Shown in pieces: positions 17,893 through 25,094 of a DNA stretch of 32,000 nt. Each line of letters begins with the position of its first letter. The first letter of the stretch is position 1. The position numbers and the translations under genes were made by a program. Source of the stretch: Thermodesulfobacterium commune DSM 2178 (GTDB taxonomy: Bacteria > Desulfobacterota > Thermodesulfobacteria > Thermodesulfobacteriales > Thermodesulfobacteriaceae); the NCBI RefSeq assembly GCF_000734015.1, contig NZ_CP008796.1, forward strand, positions 120,001-152,000, given 5' to 3'. The notes beneath the pieces are model-generated. The model was not told where the DNA came from. It worked only from the letters and a program-made list of their open reading frames with translations, and made no database searches.

Positions 17893-18900
17893 ATGTATAA
17901 GGTAGTCGTGGATGTAATGGGAGGGGATTTTGCCCCCTCCCAGATTCTTAGAGGTGCAGAACTTGCCCTTCAGGAGATCCCCGAGTTAGAGCTTATCTTG
18001 GTAGGGAGGGAAGAGGTTTTAAAAACCTATGTAGGAAAGCCAAGGGTTTCTGTGGTTTTTGCTGAAGAAGTGGTAGAAATGGATGAAAGTCCAGGAGATG
18101 CTCTAAGAAAGAAGCGAGAGGCTTCTATCTTCAAGGGGATAGAACTTTTGAAGTCAAAGGAGGCGGGTGCTTTTGTTTCTGCTGGAAATTCAGGGGCTGT
18201 AGCTGCAGGGAGTATCTTTGTTTTGGGAAGGATAGAAGGGGTGAGACGTCCGGCTATCGCTACCCTTCTTCCTACGGTTAAAGAACCTTTTGTGTTGATA
18301 GACGTAGGGGCTAATGTAGATTCAAAGCCCATAGACCTTTTTCAGTTTGGTATTATGGGAAAGGTTTTCTTAGAAAAGGTATGGGATAGACCTAATCCCA
18401 AGATAGCACTTTTATCTATCGGAGAAGAGTCGGGAAAAGGTAACCTGTTGGTCAAAAAGGCACATCAACTTTTTAAAAATTCTAATCTTAATTATGTAGG
18501 TAATATAGAAAGTAGAGATATCTATCGTGGAGAAGTGGATGTGGTAGTATGTGATGGTTTTATAGGAAATATCTGTCTTAAGCTTTCAGAAGGGTTGGCT
18601 GAGGTTATCTTAGAGATGTTAAAAAACGAGGCAAAAAAGTCGGTAGTTTCTATTTTAGGCCTTTTTATGGCTAAAAAGGCTATAGATGGATTTAAGAAAA
18701 AGGCTGACTGGAGAGAATATGGAGGGGCTCCACTTTTAGGAGTCAAAGGCAACGTAATCATCGCCCATGGAAGGTCCGATGCTTTGGCTATCAAAAATGC
18801 TATCAGGGTAGCGGTAAATACCATCAAAATCAATTTGGTTGAAAAATTGGAGAGCGCCATCAAAGACAACTTGATTGAGGAGGAAAAGGAGTGTGCTTAA
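17893..18900 (+). CDS. plsX: Phosphate acyltransferase PlsX
   Basis: VDVMGGDFAP, SAGNSGA and VVVCDGFIGN. 335 aa. Conserved rpmF-plsX-fabH order. Confidence 0.95.
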   Translation: MYKVVVDVMGGDFAPSQILRGAELALQEIPELELILVGREEVLKTYVGKPRVSVVFAEEVVEMDESPGDALRKKREASIFKGIELLKSKEAGAFVSAGNSGAVAAGSIFVLGRIEGVRRPAIATLLPTVKEPFVLIDVGANVDSKPIDLFQFGIMGKVFLEKVWDRPNPKIALLSIGEESGKGNLLVKKAHQLFKNSNLNYVGNIESRDIYRGEVDVVVCDGFIGNICLKLSEGLAEVILEMLKNEAKKSVVSILGLFMAKKAIDGFKKKADWREYGGAPLLGVKGNVIIAHGRSDALAIKNAIRVAVNTIKINLVEKLESAIKDNLIEEEKECA

Positions 18901-19889
18901 ACACTGTTAGATCGACGATTTTAGGTATGGGAATGGCAGTTCCTCCTAAGGTGCTTACCAATCATGACCTTGAAAAGATGGTTGAAACTTCAGATGCCTG
19001 GATTACAGAAAGGACAGGAATAAAAGAAAGACATATTTTAGAAGATGGAGAAAACATCAGTCAATATGCTATCAAAGCTTCTAAAGAAGCGTTAGAAAGG
19101 GCAGGGATTTCTCCAGAGGATTTAAACCTTATCATTTGTGCAACCGTAACCCCAGATTATCTCATTCCTTCTCTTGCTGTGCTGGTTCAAGAAGGGTTAG
19201 GTGCTTTAAGAGCTGGTGCTTTTGATCTTTCAGCTACCTGTTCTGGTTTTGTTTATGCTTTAAGTATAGCTGACCAGTTTGTAAAGGCAAATCCTGAATG
19301 GAAAGTATTGGTAGTAGGGGCTGAAGCCCTTTCTCGAAAAACCAACTGGCAAGATAGAAGCATTTGTGTGCTTTTAGGAGACGGAGCAGGTGCTGCTGTG
19401 GTAGGAAAAAGTACTAAACCTTCCCAAAAAGGAATTATCGATTTTATCCTTGGGGCAGACGGTAGCAAGTGGCCTTTACTTACCTTAAAAGGAGGGGGAA
19501 GTGCTTTTTTTCCTTTTGATGACAGATTACCTAAGGAAGAATATTACATCAAAATGCAGGGAAGAGAAGTGTTTAAGTTTGCTACCAGGGTAATGGAAAG
19601 GTTAGCGTTGGAGTTACTTGAAAGAAACGGTTTTTCTAAGGAAGACTTAGACCTTTTGGTGCCTCATCAGGCAAACTTAAGAATTATAGAATACCTGAGA
19701 GATAGGCTAAACCTTCCTAAAGAAAAGGTCTTCGTAAATATCGATAAATATGGAAATACTTCAGCAGCCAGCATTCCTATAGCCCTCTACGAAGCAGAAA
19801 AGGAAGGTGTACTTAAGGAAGGAGATTTAGTCTTACTTGTTGCCTTTGGAGGAGGTTTCACCTTTGGAGGCGTATTGTTAAGGTGGTAG
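18891..19889 (+). CDS. fabH: 3-oxoacyl-ACP synthase III
   Basis: SDAWITERTGIKER, the active-site Cys in SATCSGFVYAL, HQANLRI and GNTSAASIP. GTG 18891 is preceded by GAGGAGG (18877-18883). Confidence 0.92.
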   Translation: MCLNTVRSTILGMGMAVPPKVLTNHDLEKMVETSDAWITERTGIKERHILEDGENISQYAIKASKEALERAGISPEDLNLIICATVTPDYLIPSLAVLVQEGLGALRAGAFDLSATCSGFVYALSIADQFVKANPEWKVLVVGAEALSRKTNWQDRSICVLLGDGAGAAVVGKSTKPSQKGIIDFILGADGSKWPLLTLKGGGSAFFPFDDRLPKEEYYIKMQGREVFKFATRVMERLALELLERNGFSKEDLDLLVPHQANLRIIEYLRDRLNLPKEKVFVNIDKYGNTSAASIPIALYEAEKEGVLKEGDLVLLVAFGGGFTFGGVLLRW

Positions 19890-19905
19890 AGTAAATCCTT
19901 TTCAG

Positions 19906-20889
19906 ATGAATTCTTCTCAAAAAATAGAAATCATAGTCGGTTTTTCAACCCATAGGATAGAAGTCCTTCCTTTTGCTAAGGACTTTATGGAAAGTGCTGA
20001 AGTTATCATTCTTGAAGAGCCACCTAATGAAAAGTTTTGCTCAGTTCTTGAAGGTAAAATTTCTGAAGAGGATTATGTTTTAAACGAAGAGTTTTGGTTC
20101 CCAGAGTTTGAAAAACAGACCCTTAAACTGCTCAAAAATTTTCATCAACAGGGAAAGAAAATTTTTCAGATAGAGCCTTATTTAGAGGGGGTCAAGATTT
20201 TACAACAAAGGGCGGAAGGGATTGTCTCTCACCAGTCAATAGACGAGGTTCTCTTAGAGAGGATAGCAGAGACAGAAAAAAATGCGATAGGAAAACTTCT
20301 CAGGTTTTATGAAGTTTCTTTAACCGGTGATTTCGAAAAAATCGTTGATAGTGTAAAGGATTTTTCTAAGGCAGATGCTGAAAGGTTTAGACTAAGAGAT
20401 CAACTGAGGGTTGAGGCGATTTTAAAAGTGCTGTTAAGTTTAAAACAGGGATTAAAAAAGGTATATGTAGAAGCTGGAACTATACACCTTTATTTTAAAA
20501 AACTTTTGCAATTAAATACGTTAAGTTTGGGTAAAGTCTCTCAGTTTTTTTTACTACAGAAGGTTTTAAAATCTCTTGTTGGTAAACCCTACGTCTTTCC
20601 TCCTGGAGAACTTTTGACCTTAAGATACATCTTTAACCGCAAAGAAAACCCAAAAACAGAAAATCTTCTTGCTGCAAGGTCTCTGGTTTACATAAAAATC
20701 ATACCCAAGGAAGAGCTTCTTCCCCACGAAGAAAATCCCTTTCCTCATCTTAAGGAAGAACTTCATGCCATAAAATTGATAGAACGTTTAGATTTTGAGG
20801 ACTGCAAAAGGCTCTATTCTAAACTTTTTTGGATAAAAGACTACAAAGAAGCAAGAAAGCTGGTAGAGGATTATTTAAAATTTCGATAG
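19906..20889 (+). CDS. Hypothetical cytoplasmic protein (327 aa); possible TraB/Tiki/ChaN-superfamily-like motif pattern
   Basis: There is no signal peptide. The N-terminal IIVGFSTHRIEVLPFAKDFMESAEVIILEE and the later ERFRLRDQL...KKVYVEAGTIHLYF resemble the bipartite G..H / E and R.RD / G..H pattern of that superfamily. The start is 16 nt after the fabH stop with a weak SD. Confidence 0.45.
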   Translation: MNSSQKIEIIVGFSTHRIEVLPFAKDFMESAEVIILEEPPNEKFCSVLEGKISEEDYVLNEEFWFPEFEKQTLKLLKNFHQQGKKIFQIEPYLEGVKILQQRAEGIVSHQSIDEVLLERIAETEKNAIGKLLRFYEVSLTGDFEKIVDSVKDFSKADAERFRLRDQLRVEAILKVLLSLKQGLKKVYVEAGTIHLYFKKLLQLNTLSLGKVSQFFLLQKVLKSLVGKPYVFPPGELLTLRYIFNRKENPKTENLLAARSLVYIKIIPKEELLPHEENPFPHLKEELHAIKLIERLDFEDCKRLYSKLFWIKDYKEARKLVEDYLKFR

Positions 20890-21137
20890 AAAATAAAGTA
20901 GGTTTTTGAGGGGTCTTTTTGAGCCTTAAAAGTTATAATTTTGTATTCTTTAAGAGATAGGTTTTCTATTTCTTTAGGAAGTGTTTTTCTTATAATTATA
21001 ACGTCACAGGTTTGAGAAGAGGTAAAAGCTTCTACCTTCTTTGGGATACGGGCATAAAAATAGACGTTAGCTACAGGGTTGTTAACCTGACATAGGGTTG
21101 CTTTTGGATTTTTAGAAAGTAAATAGTTTACAAACAA
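20871..21137 (-). CDS. C-terminal (periplasmic-domain) fragment of the upstream GT-C glycosyltransferase, in the same frame beyond a TGA
   Basis: The track ORF starts at TTG 21137, but the frame stays open up to the TGA at 21195-21197 that ends the 403-aa ORF. There is no SD. The content (ANVYFYARIPKKVEAF...) parallels the C-terminal soluble domain of the paralog at 23634-24122. Confidence 0.5.
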   Translation of the reverse strand: MFVNYLLSKNPKATLCQVNNPVANVYFYARIPKKVEAFTSSQTCDVIIIRKTLPKEIENLSLKEYKIITFKAQKDPSKTYFIFYRNFK

Positions 21138-21194
21138 ACCTGCCTCTTTTTCTGAACTTTTAGCATAACAGGGTATAATTACGGTAAAGACTAA

Positions 21195-22406
21195 TCACTC
21201 AACTATCGCAAAGTGTAGGATGGTTTTGAAAACAGGTTCTTTTTTAAAAAGAAAGAATACTACAACTTGGAACAAAAAGCCTAATATCAGGCTTAACCCC
21301 AAGGTATAAGAAAGGGATAACTTTAAAAAGGGTAAAATTAAAAGAAATATCAAAGGTAAAAACACTAAACAATGTCCAACTAATCGATAGATTTTTAACA
21401 AAAACCAGTCAGCATGAGTTTTTAAATAGTAGGTAATAAAAATTATAGAAAAAGGTAGAATTGGGAGAAGATAATAACCTCTTCTGGCTTTGGCTATGGT
21501 AAAAATCAGAAAAATGAAAATAGAGGTTAAAAAGAAAAGCCTTTCTTCCTTTGATAATTTTTTAAAATTTTTGATAAACTTCACGAGAGCAGCAAAAAGA
21601 AATAGCGACCAGGGTGCTACCCATATAGGCCAATATAAGAAATAGATGTAAAAGGGTCTAAGGTTGTCATAAGGGTTTACTGCCTGTTGTAAGTTTTCTC
21701 TTATCCATAGATAAAAGGGGATTTGACTTTTCAGTTCTTGAGCTGTTAAGTAATAAGGTAAGAAATAAAACCCTAAGGCTATGGTTCCTGCTAAGATAGA
21801 TTTCCAGTTTAGATGATAAAATCTTTTTTCGAGGATAGCATCTATCAAAGGCAAGGTCAATAACACCGCAAAAGAAGTTATCCCCTTTGACAACCCCCCT
21901 ATCACCATACCACCAAAAAACCCTAAGTATCCTAAAAAGCTCTTTTTATCCCTAAAATGAATATAAAAGGCAAGGGCTGTGATGATGCCAAAAAGTTGAT
22001 AGATTTCAGACTGGGCTAAACGAGAAAACTCTAAAAAACCTACTGAGGTAAGTAAAAGGCCAGAGGCTATAAGGTTCCAAGGATAAGAAAAAAGAGGGGT
22101 TACACCTATGTAGAAAACAACCAAACTTGCTAAAGCGATTAAAGCCCCTGGTAGTCTTACGGTAAACTCATTAAAACCTTGTAAAACCATTCCAGAAATT
22201 TTTATAAGCCAAAAAGGGATGAGAGGTTTGGTTACATGAGGTTCAAAGTTGATGGTTGGAACAAACCATGAATCTCTAAGCATCATCTCTCTTGTTGCTT
22301 CAGCCCACCTTCCCTCTACCCCAAATAAAGGTCTCTCTCCTAAATTCCAAAAAATCAGTAAAAGAGCCAAAACCAACAAAACTAAAATCAACCTTTGTTT
22401 TTTCAT
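21195..22406 (-). CDS. ArnT/PMT_2-like GT-C fold glycosyltransferase (GT39/GT83-type), membrane core; apparently truncated by an in-frame TGA
   Basis: About 11 TM helices. The first-loop region LFGVEGRWAEATREMMLRDSWFVPTINFEPHVTKPLIPFWL matches the family pattern (..DE.RYAE.AREM...GDW.VP.L.G.P...KPPL..W). 403 aa is short for a family that usually runs about 500-560 aa. Confidence 0.7.
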   Translation of the reverse strand: MKKQRLILVLLVLALLLIFWNLGERPLFGVEGRWAEATREMMLRDSWFVPTINFEPHVTKPLIPFWLIKISGMVLQGFNEFTVRLPGALIALASLVVFYIGVTPLFSYPWNLIASGLLLTSVGFLEFSRLAQSEIYQLFGIITALAFYIHFRDKKSFLGYLGFFGGMVIGGLSKGITSFAVLLTLPLIDAILEKRFYHLNWKSILAGTIALGFYFLPYYLTAQELKSQIPFYLWIRENLQQAVNPYDNLRPFYIYFLYWPIWVAPWSLFLFAALVKFIKNFKKLSKEERLFFLTSIFIFLIFTIAKARRGYYLLPILPFSIIFITYYLKTHADWFLLKIYRLVGHCLVFLPLIFLLILPFLKLSLSYTLGLSLILGFLFQVVVFFLFKKEPVFKTILHFAIVE

Positions 22407-22425
22407 AAAAAGCCTCTACTACAGG

Positions 22426-22454
22426 TTGTAGTTAAAGCAAAAAGGTAGTATTTT
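22426..22454 (+). promoter_or_regulatory. Putative promoter of GT-C paralog B in the 68-nt divergent intergenic region
   Basis: TTGTAG (22426-22431), a 17-nt spacer, then TATTTT (22449-22454). AAGAGG lies 5 nt before ATG 22475. Confidence 0.3.
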
Positions 22455-22474
22455 TATAAGTTTAAGAGGTTTTT

Positions 22475-23560
22475 ATGAAAAATAAAGCCTTTTTAAAAAT
22501 AGCTTTGTTTTTAATTGCTTTTGGAGGGGCTCTTTATTTTCCTTTTATAGGAGAAAAGGAGTTTCAGGGAGAAGAAGGTAGGAGGGTTTTAATTGCTTTA
22601 CAGATGCTTGAAACTAAGGAATTTTTATTTCCTAAGCTTTTCGACACCTTTTATTTTCTAAAACCCCCGGCCTATAACTGGTTTCTTGCTCTTTGGTTTT
22701 GTCTTACTAAAGACTTCTCAGAATGGACAGCCAGAGCCAGTTCTGCTGTGAGCTTAATCTTTACCTCTTTGGTTTTTACCTGGATATGGATAAAAATTTT
22801 AAAAAAAGAAGAGATTGTCGAACAAAAAAACATTTCTTGGGTTGTTTTTTTGCTTCCTGGTCTGATTTTTTTAACCACCCCAGAGGTTATAGATAAAGGT
22901 ATAAGGGCTGAGATAGATGGTTTTTACACCTTTTTAGTCTCAACTAGCCTTTTTTCCTGGTTTTATTTTTATGAGATAGAAAAACGAAGGATGGTTGGAT
23001 TTGTTTTATGGGGCATTTTTACGGGATTTGCCGTGCTCACCAAAACTTTTCATGCTCTGCTTTTCTTTTATTTAGCCTGGATACCTTATCTAATTTACTT
23101 TAAAAGACTTAAAGAACTTTTTTCTATTCCCCATTTTTTAGGTATAGGGGTTACCTTGGGAATTTTTATAACATGGCTTTTAGTTAGTTTGGGTTTTGAT
23201 ATAACCCTTTTTAAGGCCTGGTTAGGAGAATATCAGGGAGCAGTATCTGGGGCAGAGGTTTCTTTAACTCAACATTTTGAGGCCTTTACCCTTGGTTTTC
23301 TTATAGGATATGCCCCTTGGATTTTTTTCTTTCTTGTTTTAAAAGAAAAAGAATTTTTTAAAAGTTTCCTTGATAAGCATCCTAATTTTTTTAGGTTTTT
23401 CCTTTTTTCTCTTTTCCTGTTTGTTTTTTCATATTTGTTTCATATTTTTTGCTTAGGTGCAAGGCTAAGATATATGCTTCCTGGAGTAGGTGGATTGGTT
23501 TTTGTTTCTTCTACGGTTTTTTTATACTTGATTTTAGAAAAACAAAGGATGATTTCTTAA
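22475..23560 (+). CDS. ArnT/PMT_2-like GT-C fold glycosyltransferase paralog, N-terminal part (frame-disrupted)
   Basis: FIGEKEFQGEEGRRVLIALQMLETKEFLFPKLFDTFYFLKPPAYNWF matches the same first-loop pattern. It is multi-TM and ends abruptly after the helix following RLRYMLP. Confidence 0.7.
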   Translation: MKNKAFLKIALFLIAFGGALYFPFIGEKEFQGEEGRRVLIALQMLETKEFLFPKLFDTFYFLKPPAYNWFLALWFCLTKDFSEWTARASSAVSLIFTSLVFTWIWIKILKKEEIVEQKNISWVVFLLPGLIFLTTPEVIDKGIRAEIDGFYTFLVSTSLFSWFYFYEIEKRRMVGFVLWGIFTGFAVLTKTFHALLFFYLAWIPYLIYFKRLKELFSIPHFLGIGVTLGIFITWLLVSLGFDITLFKAWLGEYQGAVSGAEVSLTQHFEAFTLGFLIGYAPWIFFFLVLKEKEFFKSFLDKHPNFFRFFLFSLFLFVFSYLFHIFCLGARLRYMLPGVGGLVFVSSTVFLYLILEKQRMIS

Positions 23561-23633
23561 GATAGGTAAGATTTGTATCCGCTTTTTACCTTGGTTCTGC
23601 GTTTTTCTTAGCCTTTCTTTTTTAGCGTATCTT

Positions 23634-24122
23634 ATGTTTAAAGGTTTTTATTATTGGGAAGCTTTTTTAACTACCATTTTATTGATGTCTGGAGGCATAT
23701 TTTTTGGATTTCGATTTCGTAAAGAAGTTACGTATAAAGGCGTTTTTTGGTTTTTAGTTTTTTGTGTGTTTTTTATAAAACAGGCCTATGCTGCCTTTTA
23801 TTATTCTTACCATAAGGAAAAGTTTGATTATTTTAGGAAAGCAGCCAAAAACCTTATATTAACCGCAGGAAAAAATAAGGTGATATATCTTTGCGAGGAA
23901 ATTCCTCATCATTTGATTTACTACGGAAAATATAGATATCAGGCTTTAGATTTTATATATGTTAAAAATTGCAATCCAGATGTGGTTTCAAAACTTAAAG
24001 ATAGATGGATTCTGATTTCTAAAGAAAGATTTGAGTCTTTAGGTTTTAAAGAGAAAAAGTTTAGCGAGTTAAGGGTGTTACCAGTAAGGAAAAAGCTTTA
24101 TTTTTTGGTTAAAAATTATTAA
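23634..24122 (+). CDS. C-terminal part of GT-C paralog B (remaining TM helices plus soluble domain), in the +1 frame relative to 22475..23560
   Basis: Its frame is open back to 23553 and encodes a hydrophobic helix (IRFLPWFCVFLSLSFLAYL) with no start codon. The combined length of about 550 aa equals a full-length family member. Confidence 0.55.
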   Translation: MFKGFYYWEAFLTTILLMSGGIFFGFRFRKEVTYKGVFWFLVFCVFFIKQAYAAFYYSYHKEKFDYFRKAAKNLILTAGKNKVIYLCEEIPHHLIYYGKYRYQALDFIYVKNCNPDVVSKLKDRWILISKERFESLGFKEKKFSELRVLPVRKKLYFLVKNY

Positions 24123-24286
24123 AGTTTAGGACTATTTGCAAAAAATGCAAAGTTTGAAAAATGTTCCTTCAGGTTTTGAGGTTGAATTTTTAAAATCTTA
24201 GGTCTTTTAGGGTTAAGAGGCAAATAACTTTTAGGTATGCTTTTTGATATAGTAGAATAAAAAGACAAGTTATAGGAGGTGGGGAG

Positions 24287-24583
24287 ATGAGAAAGCTAAT
24301 AGCCTTATTGGTAGGAGTTTCTTTGTTAGGGTTTTCTTTAGGATATGCTCAGGGTCCTAAAGAAGGGCCTGCTGGTCCTAAGCCTTATCAGGGGGCTGGG
24401 ATAGGAAAAGAGGTTAGCAATGCTACCAAACAACTTAAAGGAGAGGAAGCTAAAAAAGGTTTTGGAAAACAAGTTAGGGAAAGAGCTCGTGAGAAATCAA
24501 GGATTAGGGAGCATAAAGCTTTAAAACAGCAGCAAAAAGAGACCATCAAGAAAGATATGCCTGGAAATTCTACTTCTCAGTAG
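24287..24583 (+). CDS. Small secreted Lys/Glu/Gln-rich protein, unknown function
   Basis: Signal peptide MRKLIALLVGVSLLGFSLGYA|QG, followed by a low-complexity basic mature part of about 75 aa. The strong SD TAGGAGGTGGGGAG lies upstream. Confidence 0.6.
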   Translation: MRKLIALLVGVSLLGFSLGYAQGPKEGPAGPKPYQGAGIGKEVSNATKQLKGEEAKKGFGKQVRERAREKSRIREHKALKQQQKETIKKDMPGNSTSQ

Positions 24584-24666
24584 GTTATTTTCTGGTATAT
24601 TAACTTGGTAAACAACGTTGTGAGTAGCAGAGAGGGGCCCTGTTACATTTTTAGGAGAAATAAAAG

Positions 24667-25074
24667 ATGGAAGAGTATGTCTTTCGTCCTATAGGCTATG
24701 TAAGAACTGAAGCTAAAGAGATACCTCGACACTGGTCTATTTCAGAAATAGAAGGTTATTTAGAGATTAAACCTGAATATCAAGAAGGATTAAGGGACTT
24801 TAAAAAAGGAGATAAGGTAGTAGTACTTTTTGTATTTCATCAGTCATCTCCTTTTACCCCTGAAAAACTTTTACAAAAACCTCCACATAGTCAAGAATTA
24901 AAAGGGGTTTTTAGCACCTGTTCTCCTATAAGACCTAATCCTATAGGTCTTTCAGTTTTAGAGGTGTTAGAAGTTGCAAACAATAAGGTCAAGGTAAAAG
25001 GAATCGATATGTTTGATGGAACCCCTATCCTTGACCTTAAACCGTTTAAAGCCTATCAAAAGAATTCTGTTTAA
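24667..25074 (+). CDS. trmO: tRNA (N6-threonylcarbamoyladenosine(37)-N6)-methyltransferase TrmO (TsaA/YaeB-like domain)
   Basis: RPIGYVRTE, VFSTCSPIRPNPIGLSVLEVLEV and GIDMFDGTPILDLKPF are hallmark motifs of the UPF0066/TsaA family. Confidence 0.8.
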   Translation: MEEYVFRPIGYVRTEAKEIPRHWSISEIEGYLEIKPEYQEGLRDFKKGDKVVVLFVFHQSSPFTPEKLLQKPPHSQELKGVFSTCSPIRPNPIGLSVLEVLEVANNKVKVKGIDMFDGTPILDLKPFKAYQKNSV

Positions 25075-25094
25075 GCTCTTAGAAGGGAGTTTTT

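Noticed and set aside
21138-21197. The in-frame TGA of GT-C paralog A as a selenocysteine codon
   Set aside because: I can find no convincing stem-loop in the ~50 nt 3' of the TGA (GUCUUUACCGUAAUUAUACCCUGUUAUGCUAAAAG...). The position is a linker after the last TM helix rather than a redox-type site. TGA is used as an ordinary stop elsewhere in the window, for example in guaA.
23540-23562. Programmed +1 frameshift (prfB-like) at AUU UCU UAA G in GT-C paralog B
   Set aside because: A stop codon in the A-site and an upstream AAAGGA are superficially prfB-like. However, a tRNA-Ser slipping from UCU to CUU would re-pair poorly, and the SD-like element is weak. A mutation or sequencing indel is more parsimonious.
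24135-24151. Inverted repeat TTTGCA-aaaaa-TGCAAA downstream of the GT-C locus, considered as an operator, a sigma54 -12 element or a terminator
   Set aside because: The 6-bp AT-rich arms are expected by chance in 32 kb. The GG/GC spacing does not fit the sigma54 -24/-12 consensus. The stem is too weak for an intrinsic terminator.
24612-24621. Perfect 10-bp palindrome ACAACGTTGT upstream of trmO
   Set aside because: Roughly 30 ten-bp palindromes are expected by chance in a window this size. There is no second copy and no associated regulator gene.
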